Shown here one piece after another: positions 1-14,818 of a stretch of 64,000 nt of DNA. Source of the stretch: Escherichia coli (lineage in GTDB: Bacteria > Pseudomonadota > Gammaproteobacteria > Enterobacterales > Enterobacteriaceae). The DNA lies in assembly GCF_050320075.1 (NCBI RefSeq), contig NZ_CP190018.1, one strand, 5' to 3'. The position numbers and the translations under genes are program-made. A model generated the notes under the pieces. The model saw nothing but the letters and a program-made list of their open reading frames with translations, was not told the origin of the DNA and made no database searches. The stretch's first letter is position 1. The number at the start of each line of letters is the position of its first letter.

Positions 1-1
1 G

Positions 2-448
2 CAATTAGGCTGGACGCCGCTTTATTATTTGAATCAGCATTTTGACCGTAAATTACTGATGAAAATATTCCGCTACTCTGACGTGGGCTTAGTGACGCCA
101 CTGCGTGACGGGATGAACCTGGTAGCAAAAGAGTATGTTGCCGCTCAGGACCCAGCCAACCCGGGCGTTCTTGTTCTTTCGCAATTTGCGGGAGCAGCAA
201 ACGAGTTAACGTCGGCGTTAATTGTTAATCCCTACGATCGTGACGAAGTTGCAGCTGCGCTGGATCGTGCCTTGACTATGTCGCTGGCGGAACGTATTTC
301 CCGTCATGCAGAGATGCTGGACGTTATCGTGAAAAACGATATTAACCACTGGCAGGAGTGCTTCATTAGCGACCTAAAGCAGATAGTTCCGCGAAGCGCG
401 GAAAGCCAGCAGCGCGATAAAGTTGCTACCTTTCCTAAGCTTGCGTAA
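2..448 (+). CDS. otsA: Trehalose-6-phosphate synthase OtsA, 3' end (gene starts upstream of window)
   Basis: Open frame enters from window start; translation matches OtsA C-terminus as I recall it; position upstream of uspC/flhDC as in E. coli. Confidence 0.85.
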   Translation, partial: QLGWTPLYYLNQHFDRKLLMKIFRYSDVGLVTPLRDGMNLVAKEYVAAQDPANPGVLVLSQFAGAANELTSALIVNPYDRDEVAAALDRALTMSLAERISRHAEMLDVIVKNDINHWQECFISDLKQIVPRSAESQQRDKVATFPKLA

Positions 449-454
449 GTGCGG

Positions 455-883
455 TTAATCTCCCGTAAGTGGAACTAACAGCACATCGACCTCACTTGAG
501 GCAATCACTCTTTTCGCCGAGCAGGATGCTCGCGAAAAGAAACTGTGATTGTGATTACCGCAAATCACCAAATCGAAATGATATTTGCGACAAACTTCCA
601 GAATATGTTCGCTTAACTCACCGTAGGCAATAAACGTCTTGTCAACGGGATACCCCGCATCCTGAATTAACTTATCAAGAAAGCTTTGCGTTTCTTCCTG
701 CATCACGCTGCGTAAATCTTCAAGCATCGGCGCAGCTAATTGATTGTACATTTCCGGGTCGGAAGCGAGAGTAATTAAACTGATGTGTCCCTTTACTGGC
801 CTGGCGATAGATACCGCTTTTGCCAGCAGTTGCTGACTTTCCGGTGTAACCGCAACGGCGACAAGAATATTGCTATAGCTCAT
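455..883 (-). CDS. uspC: Universal stress protein C
   Basis: 142-aa ORF, Usp-family sequence; divergent from flhDC as in E. coli. Confidence 0.9.
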   Translation of the reverse strand: MSYSNILVAVAVTPESQQLLAKAVSIARPVKGHISLITLASDPEMYNQLAAPMLEDLRSVMQEETQSFLDKLIQDAGYPVDKTFIAYGELSEHILEVCRKYHFDLVICGNHNHSFFSRASCSAKRVIASSEVDVLLVPLTGD

Positions 884-1385
884 AACCTGTTCCTTATTCT
901 GTGAACTTCAGGTGACATTAAAGCTTTACTCCTAATGGAGAAACGACGCAATCCCAACTCAGTCAAACAGGTAAATATTAGTCTGATTATTAGTAAAGAC
1001 AATTAATCAATCACTCTCGGTGATCATATGATTTCAACTGTAATTATAAGAAAATAATGTACTGATTCTCCATATTAAACAAGTGGTTAATATATGTAAA
1101 ACATTTTATTAACATTAAGTTGATTGTTGCCTTTCTTTGTATTTAATTAGTTTGTTGTGCGGTAAGTGTCTGTTTAAAAATAGCTTATCTGGTATTGCAT
1201 TAAAGCAATTATTTATAGCAGATGATTATTTACGGTGAGTTATTTTAACTGTGCGCAACATCCCATTTCGATTATTCCTGTTTCATTTTTGCTTGCTAGC
1301 GTCGCGAAAAACTTTTTAACAGATTGAAATACACCCAAAACAAAAGTATGACTTATACATTTATGTTAAGTAATTGAGCGTTTTG

Positions 1386-1401
1386 TGTGATCTGCATCAC
1401 A
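1386..1401. promoter_or_regulatory. CRP-binding site in flhDC regulatory region (TGTGA-N6-TCACA)
   Basis: Perfect TGTGATCTGCATCACA palindrome in the AT-rich 770-bp uspC-flhD intergenic region; flhDC is a known CRP-activated operon. Confidence 0.7.
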
Positions 1402-1663
1402 CATTATTGAAAATCGCAGCCCCCCTCCGTTGTATGTGAGTGTAGTGACGAGTAAAGTTGCGTCGATTTAGGAAAAATCTTAGATAAGTGTAAAGAACCC
1501 CTTCTATTTGTAAGGACTTATTAAATCCCAAAAAGGGGCTCTGCCTATTGCAGCTTATCGCAACTATTCTAATGCTAATTATTTTTTACCGGGGCTTCCC
1601 GGCGACATCACGGGGTGCGGTGAGACCGCATAAAAATAAAGTTGGTTATTCTGGGTGGGAATA

Positions 1664-2014
1664 ATGCATACCTCCGAGTTGCTGAAACACATTTATGACA
1701 TCAACTTGTCATATTTACTACTTGCACAGCGTCTGATTGTTCAGGACAAAGCGTCCGCAATGTTTCGTCTCGGCATAAATGAAGAAATGGCGACAACGTT
1801 AGCGGCACTGACTCTTCCGCAAATGGTTAAGCTGGCAGAAACCAATCAACTGGTTTGTCACTTTCGTTTTGACAGCCACCAGACGATTACTCAGTTGACG
1901 CAAGATTCCCGCGTTGACGATCTCCAGCAAATTCATACCGGCATCATGCTCTCAACACGCTTGCTGAATGATGTTAATCAGCCTGAAGAAGCGCTGCGCA
2001 AGAAAAGGGCCTGA
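1664..2014 (+). CDS. flhD: Flagellar master regulator FlhD
   Basis: Translation [25 protein letters not shown]...; ORF-track start at 1655 is an upstream alternative start, ATG at 1664 used. Confidence 0.95.
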
Positions 2015-2016
2015 TC

Positions 2017-2595
2017 ATGAGTGAAAAAAGCATTGTTCAGGAAGCGCGGGATATTCAGCTGGCAATGGAATTGATCACCCTTGGCGCTCGTTTGCAGATG
2101 CTGGAAAGCGAAACACAGTTAAGTCGCGGACGCCTGATAAAACTCTATAAAGAACTGCGCGGAAGCCCACCGCCGAAAGGCATGCTGCCATTCTCAACCG
2201 ACTGGTTTATGACCTGGGAACAAAACGTTCATGCTTCGATGTTCTGTAACGCATGGCAGTTTTTACTGAAAACCGGTTTGTGTAATGGCGTCGATGCGGT
2301 GATCAAAGCCTACCGTTTATACCTTGAACAGTGCCCGCAAGCAGAAGACGGACCGCTGCTGGCATTAACCCGTGCCTGGACATTGGTGCGGTTTGTTGAA
2401 AGTAGATTACTGCAACTTTCCAGCTGCAACTGCTGCGGCGGCAATTTTATTACCCACGCTCACCAGCCTGTTGGCAGCTTTGCCTGCAGCTTATGTCAGC
2501 CGCCATCCCGGGCAGTAAAAAGACGTAAACTTTCCCAGAATCCTGCCGATATTATCCCACAACTGCTGGATGAACAGAGAGTACAGGCTGTTTAA
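2017..2595 (+). CDS. flhC: Flagellar master regulator FlhC
   Basis: 192-aa ORF immediately after flhD, Cys-rich zinc site (CNCCGG...CSLC). Confidence 0.95.
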   Translation: MSEKSIVQEARDIQLAMELITLGARLQMLESETQLSRGRLIKLYKELRGSPPPKGMLPFSTDWFMTWEQNVHASMFCNAWQFLLKTGLCNGVDAVIKAYRLYLEQCPQAEDGPLLALTRAWTLVRFVESRLLQLSSCNCCGGNFITHAHQPVGSFACSLCQPPSRAVKRRKLSQNPADIIPQLLDEQRVQAV

Positions 2596-2621
2596 CTTAT
2601 ACGGTGTGGCGCAACATTCCA

Positions 2622-2653
2622 GCAGCGGTAACGACGTACCGCTGCTTTTTTTT
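2622..2653 (+). terminator. Rho-independent terminator after flhDC
   Basis: Stem GCAGCGGTA/TACCGCTGC with 6-nt loop followed by T8 run. Confidence 0.75.
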
Positions 2654-2721
2654 GCCCCAATCGCGCGTTAACGCCTGACGACTGAACATCCTGTCATGGT
2701 CAACAGTGGAAGGATGATGTC

Positions 2722-3605
2722 GTGCTTATCTTATTAGGTTACCTGGTTGTTCTCGGTACAGTTTTCGGCGGTTATTTGATGACCGGTGGAAGCCTTGGAG
2801 CACTCTATCAACCCGCTGAACTGGTGATTATTGCCGGTGCAGGGATTGGGTCGTTTATCGTCGGCAATAATGGCAAAGCGATTAAAGGCACGCTGAAGGC
2901 GCTGCCGTTGCTGTTTCGTCGCTCCAAATACACCAAAGCAATGTATATGGATCTGCTGGCTCTGCTTTATCGGTTGATGGCGAAATCGCGGCAGATGGGG
3001 ATGTTTTCGCTGGAACGTGATATTGAAAATCCCCGTGAGAGCGAGATCTTCGCCAGCTACCCACGCATCCTTGCGGATAGCGTCATGCTTGATTTTATCG
3101 TCGATTATCTGCGTCTGATTATCAGCGGTCACATGAACACCTTCGAAATCGAAGCCCTGATGGATGAAGAGATTGAGACGCACGAAAGCGAGGCAGAAGT
3201 CCCGGCGAACAGTCTGGCGCTGGTCGGGGACTCACTTCCGGCGTTTGGTATTGTCGCTGCTGTGATGGGGGTCGTTCACGCGTTAGGTTCAGCCGATCGT
3301 CCTGCCGCCGAGCTGGGGGCGCTTATCGCACATGCGATGGTGGGGACTTTCCTCGGTATTTTATTGGCTTACGGATTTATTTCCCCATTAGCGAGTGTTT
3401 TACGTCAGAAAAGCGCCGAAACCAGCAAAATGATGCAGTGCGTCAAAGTCACACTGCTTTCTAATCTGAACGGTTACGCACCGCCTATCGCCGTTGAGTT
3501 TGGTCGCAAAACGCTCTATTCCAGCGAACGTCCGTCGTTTATTGAACTGGAAGAGCATGTGCGTGCGGTGAAAAATCCGCAACAACAGACGACAACCGAG
3601 GAAGC

Positions 3606-3609
<4 letters not shown>
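2722..3609 (+). CDS. motA: Flagellar motor stator protein MotA (GTG start)
   Basis: 295-aa membrane protein [17 protein letters not shown]...; overlaps motB start. Confidence 0.95.
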
Positions 3610-6501
<2,892 letters not shown>

Positions 6502-6521
6502 ATGAGTAAAAAGGTAACAAT

Positions 6522-7025
6522 ATGACCGGTATGACGAATGTAACAAAGCTGGCCAGCGAGCCGTCAGGCCAGGAATTTCTGGTATTTACCCTTGGTGATG
6601 AAGAGTACGGTATTGATATCCTGAAAGTGCAGGAGATCCGTGGCTATGATCAGGTAACACGGATTGCGAACACGCCAGCGTTTATCAAAGGCGTCACGAA
6701 TCTGCGCGGTGTTATTGTGCCGATTGTGGACTTACGAATTAAGTTCAGCCAGGTGGATGTGGACTATAACGACAACACGGTAGTTATCGTCCTGAATCTC
6801 GGACAGCGGGTGGTCGGCATCGTGGTTGACGGCGTTGCAGACGTGCTTTCATTGACGGCGGAGCAAATTCGTCCGGCACCGGAATTTGCCGTGACGCTTT
6901 CAACAGAATATCTCACTGGACTGGGCGCACTGGGCGACCGGATGTTGATTCTGGTGAACATCGAAAAACTGCTGAACAGCGAAGAGATGGCGCTGTTAGA
7001 TAGCGCGGCGTCAGAAGTGGCGTAA
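6522..7025 (+). CDS. cheW: Chemotaxis coupling protein CheW
   Basis: 167-aa [14 protein letters not shown]..., immediately after cheA. Confidence 0.95.
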   Translation: MTGMTNVTKLASEPSGQEFLVFTLGDEEYGIDILKVQEIRGYDQVTRIANTPAFIKGVTNLRGVIVPIVDLRIKFSQVDVDYNDNTVVIVLNLGQRVVGIVVDGVADVLSLTAEQIRPAPEFAVTLSTEYLTGLGALGDRMLILVNIEKLLNSEEMALLDSAASEVA

Positions 7026-7169
7026 TTCTCCCGATTTCCTCAATTGCAATGAACCCGATGACCTGCGCATCGGGTTTTTTATTTCAGTTTCGCGGCGGGT
7101 GGCATCAGCAATAAAGTTTCCCCCTTCCTTGCCGATAACGAGATCAACTTGTTTTCAGGAAGGTGCCTT

Positions 7170-8831
7170 ATGATTAACCGTATCCGCGTAGTCACGCTGT
7201 TGGTAATGGTGCTGGGGGTATTCGCACTGTTACAGCTTATTTCCGGCAGTCTGTTTTTTTCTTCCCTTCACCATAGCCAGAAGAGCTTTGTGGTTTCCAA
7301 TCAATTACGGGAACAGCAGGGCGAGCTGACGTCAACCTGGGATTTAATGCTGCAAACGCGCATTAACCTGAGTCGTTCAGCGGTGCGGATGATGATGGAT
7401 TCCTCCAATCAACAAAGTAACGCCAAAGTTGAATTGCTCGATAGCGCCAGGAAAACATTGGCCCAGGCAGCGACGCATTATAAAAAATTCAAAAGCATGG
7501 CACCGTTACCTGAAATGGTCGCTACCAGTCGTAATATTGATGAAAAATATAAAAACTATCACACAGCGTTAACTGAACTGATTGATTATCTTGATTATGG
7601 CAATACTGGAGCTTATTTCGCTCAGCCAACCCAGGGAATGCAAAATGCAATGGGCGAAGCGTTTGCTCAGTACGCCCTCAGCAGTGAAAAAATGTATCGC
7701 GATATCATCACTGACAACGCAGATGATTACCGATTTGCCCAATGGCAACTGGCGGTTATTGCGCTGGTGGTGGTATTGATTCTGCTGGTGGCGTGGTACG
7801 GCATTCGCCGTATGTTGCTTACACCGCTGGCAAAAATTATTGCTCACATTCGCGAAATCGCCAGTGGTAACCTGGCGAATACCCTGACCATTGACGGGCG
7901 CAGTGAAATGGGCGACCTGGCGCAGAGCGTTTCACATATGCAACGCTCTTTGACTGACACCGTCACTCATGTGCGTGAAGGTTCAGATGCCATCTATGCC
8001 GGTACCCGTGAAATTGCGGCAGGCAACACCGATCTTTCCTCCCGTACTGAACAGCAGGCATCTGCGCTGGAAGAAACTGCCGCCAGCATGGAGCAGCTCA
8101 CCGCGACAGTGAAGCAAAACGCCGATAACGCCCGCCAGGCCTCACAACTGGCGCAAAGTGCCTCTGACACTGCCCAGCACGGCGGCAAAGTAGTGGATGG
8201 CGTAGTGAAAACGATGCATGAGATCGCCGATAGTTCGAAGAAAATTGCCGACATTATCAGCGTTATCGATGGTATTGCCTTCCAGACTAATATCCTCGCG
8301 CTGAATGCCGCTGTTGAAGCAGCACGAGCGGGTGAACAAGGCCGTGGTTTTGCCGTGGTGGCGGGCGAAGTGCGTAATCTTGCCAGCCGCAGCGCCCAGG
8401 CGGCAAAAGAGATCAAAGCCCTCATTGAAGACTCCGTCTCGCGCGTTGATACCGGTTCGGTGCTGGTCGAAAGCGCCGGGGAAACAATGAACAATATCGT
8501 CAATGCTGTCACTCGCGTGACTGACATTATGGGCGAGATTGCATCGGCATCGGATGAACAGAGCCGTGGCATCGATCAAGTCGCATTGGCGGTTTCGGAA
8601 ATGGATCGCGTCACGCAACAGAACGCATCGCTGGTGCAGGAATCAGCTGCCGCCGCAGCTGCGCTGGAAGAACAGGCCAGTCGTTTAACGCAAGCGGTTT
8701 CCGCGTTTCGTCTGGCAGCCAGCCCACTCACCAATAAACCGCAAACACCATCCCGTCCTGCCAGTGAGCAACCACCGGCACAGCCACGACTGCGAATTGC
8801 TGAACAAGATCCAAACTGGGAAACATTTTGA
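7170..8831 (+). CDS. tar: Methyl-accepting chemotaxis protein II (aspartate/maltose receptor) Tar
   Basis: 553 aa from [16 protein letters not shown]...; MCP signalling domain; C-terminal NWETF pentapeptide. Confidence 0.95.
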   Translation: MINRIRVVTLLVMVLGVFALLQLISGSLFFSSLHHSQKSFVVSNQLREQQGELTSTWDLMLQTRINLSRSAVRMMMDSSNQQSNAKVELLDSARKTLAQAATHYKKFKSMAPLPEMVATSRNIDEKYKNYHTALTELIDYLDYGNTGAYFAQPTQGMQNAMGEAFAQYALSSEKMYRDIITDNADDYRFAQWQLAVIALVVVLILLVAWYGIRRMLLTPLAKIIAHIREIASGNLANTLTIDGRSEMGDLAQSVSHMQRSLTDTVTHVREGSDAIYAGTREIAAGNTDLSSRTEQQASALEETAASMEQLTATVKQNADNARQASQLAQSASDTAQHGGKVVDGVVKTMHEIADSSKKIADIISVIDGIAFQTNILALNAAVEAARAGEQGRGFAVVAGEVRNLASRSAQAAKEIKALIEDSVSRVDTGSVLVESAGETMNNIVNAVTRVTDIMGEIASASDEQSRGIDQVALAVSEMDRVTQQNASLVQESAAAAAALEEQASRLTQAVSAFRLAASPLTNKPQTPSRPASEQPPAQPRLRIAEQDPNWETF

Positions 8832-8876
8832 CGAGTATTTACTAACGCGGTCATTGCCGCCTGATGGGGAGCGTTG

Positions 8877-10478
8877 ATGTTTAATCGTATTCGAATTTCG
8901 ACCACGCTGTTTTTAATTTTGATTCTCTGCGGGATCTTGCAGATTGGCAGTAACGGCATGTCTTTTTGGGCATTTCGCGACGATTTGCAACGACTGAATC
9001 AGGTCGAACAGAGCAATCAGCAACGTGCGGCTTTAGCGCAAACTCGGGCGGTAATGTTACAGGCCAGTACCGCGCTGAACAAAGCGGGCACTCTGACGGC
9101 GCTTAGCTATCCGGCGGATGACATTAAAACGTTGATGACGACGGCGCGCGCCAGTCTGACGCAATCCACCACGCTGTTTAAAAGTTTTATGGCGATGACT
9201 GCGGGCAACGAGCACGTCAGGGCGTTGCAAAAAGAGACGGAGAAAAGTTTTGCCCGCTGGCACAACGATCTCGAACATCAGGCGACCTGGCTTGAAAGTA
9301 ATCAACTTTCGGATTTCCTCACTGCGCCGGTGCAGGAATCACAGAATGCGTTTGACGTTAACTTTGAGGCCTGGCAGCTGGAGATCAACCATGTGCTGGA
9401 AGCTGCCAGTGCGCAAAGCCAGCGTAACTATCACATTTCGGCGCTGGTGTTTATCAGCATGATTATTGTTGCAGCGCTCTACATCAGCAGTGCGCTGTGG
9501 TGGACGCGCAAGATGATTGTTCAACCACTGGCCATCATCGGTAGCCATTTTGACAGCATTGCTGCGGGTAATCTGGCGCGTCCGATTGCAGTGTATGGTC
9601 GCAATGAGATCACCGCCATTTTTGCCAGTCTGAAGACCATGCAGCAGGCTTTGCGTGGGACGGTAAGTGATGTGCGTAAGGGAAGCCAGGAGATGCACAT
9701 TGGTATCGCGGAGATTGTCGCAGGCAATAACGATCTCTCAAGTCGTACCGAACAGCAGGCGGCATCGCTGGCACAAACGGCCGCCAGTATGGAGCAATTA
9801 ACCGCCACGGTAGGGCAAAACGCCGATAACGCACGACAGGCGTCGGAACTGGCAAAAAATGCCGCGACAACGGCGCAGGCGGGCGGTGTTCAGGTCAGTA
9901 CCATGACTCACACCATGCAGGAGATCGCCACCAGCTCGCAAAAAATTGGCGACATTATCAGCGTTATCGACGGCATTGCTTTCCAGACCAATATTCTGGC
10001 CCTGAATGCGGCAGTGGAAGCGGCTCGCGCCGGAGAGCAGGGTCGTGGTTTTGCGGTAGTGGCAGGTGAAGTGCGCAATCTTGCCAGCCGTAGCGCCCAG
10101 GCAGCAAAAGAGATCAAAGGGCTGATCGAAGAGTCAGTCAATCGTGTCCAGCAGGGTTCGAAACTGGTGAATAACGCCGCCGCGACCATGACTGATATTG
10201 TCAGTTCGGTGACCCGCGTGAACGACATTATGGGAGAAATTGCTTCGGCCTCGGAAGAACAACGGCGGGGGATTGAGCAGGTTGCGCAGGCTGTCAGCCA
10301 GATGGATCAGGTGACACAGCAGAACGCCTCGCTGGTAGAAGAAGCGGCGGCGGCAACGGAACAACTGGCGAACCAGGCTGACCATCTTTCGTCGCGTGTG
10401 GCGGTATTTACCCTTGAAGAACATGAAGTAGCACGACATGAGTCGGCGCAGTTACATATTGCGCCAGTGGTATCCTGA
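8877..10478 (+). CDS. tap: Methyl-accepting chemotaxis protein IV (dipeptide receptor) Tap
   Basis: 533 aa from MFNRIRISTTLFLILIL...; MCP signalling domain near-identical to tar; no NWETF tail. Confidence 0.93.
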   Translation: MFNRIRISTTLFLILILCGILQIGSNGMSFWAFRDDLQRLNQVEQSNQQRAALAQTRAVMLQASTALNKAGTLTALSYPADDIKTLMTTARASLTQSTTLFKSFMAMTAGNEHVRALQKETEKSFARWHNDLEHQATWLESNQLSDFLTAPVQESQNAFDVNFEAWQLEINHVLEAASAQSQRNYHISALVFISMIIVAALYISSALWWTRKMIVQPLAIIGSHFDSIAAGNLARPIAVYGRNEITAIFASLKTMQQALRGTVSDVRKGSQEMHIGIAEIVAGNNDLSSRTEQQAASLAQTAASMEQLTATVGQNADNARQASELAKNAATTAQAGGVQVSTMTHTMQEIATSSQKIGDIISVIDGIAFQTNILALNAAVEAARAGEQGRGFAVVAGEVRNLASRSAQAAKEIKGLIEESVNRVQQGSKLVNNAAATMTDIVSSVTRVNDIMGEIASASEEQRRGIEQVAQAVSQMDQVTQQNASLVEEAAAATEQLANQADHLSSRVAVFTLEEHEVARHESAQLHIAPVVS

Positions 10479-10496
10479 AGTGATTGAGAAGGCGCT

Positions 10497-11357
10497 ATGA
10501 CTTCATCTCTGCCCTGTGGGCAAACGTCTTTATTGTTACAGATGACCGAGCGCCTGGCGCTTTCCGACGCGCATTTTCGGCGGATAAGTCAATTGATCTA
10601 TCAACGAGCCGGGATCGTCCTGGCCGACCATAAACGCGACATGGTTTACAACCGACTGGTTCGTCGTTTGCGTTCGCTGGGACTGACGGATTTCGGCCAT
10701 TACCTGAACTTGCTGGAATCTAATCAGCACAGCGGTGAGTGGCAGGCGTTTATCAATTCGCTGACCACGAATCTGACGGCATTTTTCCGTGAGGCGCATC
10801 ATTTTCCTCTGCTCGCGGATCACGCCCGGCGTCGTTCTGGCGAGTATCGCGTATGGAGCGCGGCGGCTTCGACCGGCGAAGAGCCGTACAGCATTGCGAT
10901 GACACTGGCTGACACATTGGGCACCGCGCCCGGACGCTGGAAAGTGTTTGCCAGCGACATTGACACCGAAGTGCTGGAAAAAGCCAGAAGCGGTATTTAT
11001 CGCCATGAAGAGTTGAAAAATCTGACGCCGCAGCAACTGCAGCGGTACTTCATGCGAGGGACGGGACCGCATCAAGGGCTGGTACGCGTGCGTCAGGAAT
11101 TGGCGAATTATGTTGATTTTGCCCCGCTGAATTTACTGGCGAAACAGTACACCGTGCCGGGGCCGTTTGATGCGATCTTCTGTCGTAACGTCATGATCTA
11201 CTTCGATCAAACTACCCAGCAGGAGATTTTGCGCCGCTTTGTTCCGCTCCTTAAACCCGACGGATTGCTGTTTGCGGGTCACTCTGAAAACTTTAGCCAC
11301 CTTGAGCGCCGCTTCACGCTGCGTGGTCAGACGGTGTATGCGCTAAGTAAGGATTAA
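10497..11357 (+). CDS. cheR: Chemotaxis protein methyltransferase CheR
   Basis: 286-aa ORF, SAM-dependent MCP methyltransferase sequence. Confidence 0.95.
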
Positions 11358-11359
11358 CG

Positions 11360-12813
<1,454 letters not shown>

Positions 12814-12823
12814 GGATGCGACT

Positions 12824-13468
12824 ATGATGCAACCATCAATCAAACCTGCTGACGAGCATTCAGCTGGCGATATCATTGCGCGCATCGGCAGCCTGACGCG
12901 TATGCTGCGCGACAGTTTGCGGGAGCTGGGGCTGGATCAGGCCATTGCCGAAGCGGCGGAAGCCATCCCCGATGCGCGCGATCGTTTGTACTATGTTGTG
13001 CAGATGACCGCCCAGGCTGCGGAGCGGGCGCTGAACAGTGTTGAGGCGTCACAACCGCATCAGGATCAAATGGAGAAATCAGCAAAAGCGTTAACCCAAC
13101 GTTGGGATGACTGGTTTGCCGATCCGATTGACCTTGCCGACGCCCGAGAACTGGTAACAGATACGCGGCAATTTCTGGCAGATGTCCCCGCGCATACCAG
13201 CTTTACTAACGCGCAGCTGCTGGAAATCATGATGGCGCAGGATTTTCAGGATCTCACCGGACAGGTCATTAAGCGGATGATGGATGTCATTCAGGAGATC
13301 GAACGTCAGTTGCTGATGGTGCTGTTGGAAAACATCCCCGAACAGGAGTCGCGTCCAAAACGTGAAAACCAGAGTTTGCTTAATGGACCTCAGGTCGATA
13401 CCAGCAAAGCCGGTGTGGTAGCCAGTCAGGATCAGGTGGACGATTTGTTGGATAGTCTTGGATTTTGA
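12824..13468 (+). CDS. cheZ: CheY-phosphate phosphatase CheZ
   Basis: 214 aa from [18 protein letters not shown]...; ORF-track start at 12794 is an upstream extension. Confidence 0.95.
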
Positions 13469-13474
13469 TTTGTA

Positions 13475-13540
13475 TTGCCTGATGTGGCGTGACTACGTCA
13501 TATCAGGCGGTCGTATAACGCGATGACGCCGCATCCGACA
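13475..13540. repeat. REP (repetitive extragenic palindrome) elements downstream of cheZ
   Basis: GCCTGATGTGGCG...CGTCATATCAGGCGG palindrome followed by GCCGCATCCGACA REP-type motif. Confidence 0.6.
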
Positions 13541-13669
13541 AACGCATACTATGCTTGATGTGTGGCAGTAAAAGCCCTAAATCCCGCCTGTTTTGCCCCT
13601 TACTCAAACCATTGAACGCTTTGCGCTCTGGCATCATTTACGCTTAATACTCTTTCCAGGATTGGCGAC

Positions 13670-14818
13670 GTGTCTGACGAGAGCGACGACAAAACAGAAG
13701 CCCCCACACCTCACCGACTAGAAAAAGCGCGGGAAGAGGGGCAAATCCCGCGTTCCCGTGAACTGACTTCACTGCTGATTTTGTTAGTGGGCGTTAGTGT
13801 TATCTGGTTTGGCGGTGTGTCGCTGGCCCGTCGATTGTCGGGCATGCTCTCCGCTGGGCTGCATTTTGATCACAGTATTATCAATGACCCGAATCTGATC
13901 CTCGGGCAAATTATTCTGCTGATCAGAGAAGCCATGCTGGCGCTGCTGCCGCTGATTAGCGGCGTGGTGCTGGTGGCGCTCATTTCTCCGGTCATGCTGG
14001 GAGGGCTGGTATTTAGCGGAAAATCCTTGCAGCCGAAGTTTTCCAAACTCAACCCGCTACCGGGCATTAAACGGATATTCTCGGCTCAGACTGGCGCGGA
14101 GTTGCTTAAGGCAATTTTGAAAACCATCCTGGTTGGCAGCGTGACGGGATTTTTTCTCTGGCATCACTGGCCGCAGATGATGCGCTTAATGGCCGAGTCT
14201 CCGATTACCGCCATGGGTAATGCGATGGATCTGGTAGGGCTATGCGCGCTGCTGGTGGTACTTGGTGTTATTCCGATGGTGGGATTTGACGTCTTTTTCC
14301 AAATCTTCAGCCACCTGAAAAAGCTGCGAATGTCGCGGCAGGATATTCGTGATGAGTTCAAACAAAGCGAAGGCGACCCCCAAGTTAAAGGGCGGATCCG
14401 TCAGATGCAGCGAGCGGCCGCACGGCGTCGGATGATGGCCGATGTGCCGAAAGCGGACGTTATCGTCAATAACCCAACTCACTACTCAGTGGCTTTGCAG
14501 TACGACGAAAACAAAATGAGTGCGCCAAAAGTCGTTGCCAAGGGCGCGGGGCTGGTGGCATTACGCATTCGTGAAATTGGCGCTGAAAATAACGTCCCTA
14601 CGCTTGAAGCGCCGCCGCTGGCGCGAGCGCTGTATCGACATGCGGAGATCGGTCAACAAATCCCGGGTCAACTGTACGCCGCGGTGGCGGAAGTGCTGGC
14701 CTGGGTCTGGCAACTGAAACGCTGGCGTCTGGCTGGTGGACAGCGCCCTGTACAACCTACTCATCTTCCGGTGCCGGAAGCCCTGGATTTTATTAACGAG
14801 AAACCGACCCATGAGTAA
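13670..14818 (+). CDS. flhB: Flagellar export apparatus protein FlhB (GTG start)
   Basis: 382 aa MSDESDDKTEAPTPHRLEKAREEGQIP...; NPTH autocleavage motif present. Confidence 0.95.
   Translation: MSDESDDKTEAPTPHRLEKAREEGQIPRSRELTSLLILLVGVSVIWFGGVSLARRLSGMLSAGLHFDHSIINDPNLILGQIILLIREAMLALLPLISGVVLVALISPVMLGGLVFSGKSLQPKFSKLNPLPGIKRIFSAQTGAELLKAILKTILVGSVTGFFLWHHWPQMMRLMAESPITAMGNAMDLVGLCALLVVLGVIPMVGFDVFFQIFSHLKKLRMSRQDIRDEFKQSEGDPQVKGRIRQMQRAAARRRMMADVPKADVIVNNPTHYSVALQYDENKMSAPKVVAKGAGLVALRIREIGAENNVPTLEAPPLARALYRHAEIGQQIPGQLYAAVAEVLAWVWQLKRWRLAGGQRPVQPTHLPVPEALDFINEKPTHE

Noticed and set aside
7994-10228. Several 100-190-aa minus-strand ORFs inside tar and tap
   Set aside because: Antisense to the MCP genes; Ala/Ser/Arg-rich translations typical of GC-rich antisense frames.
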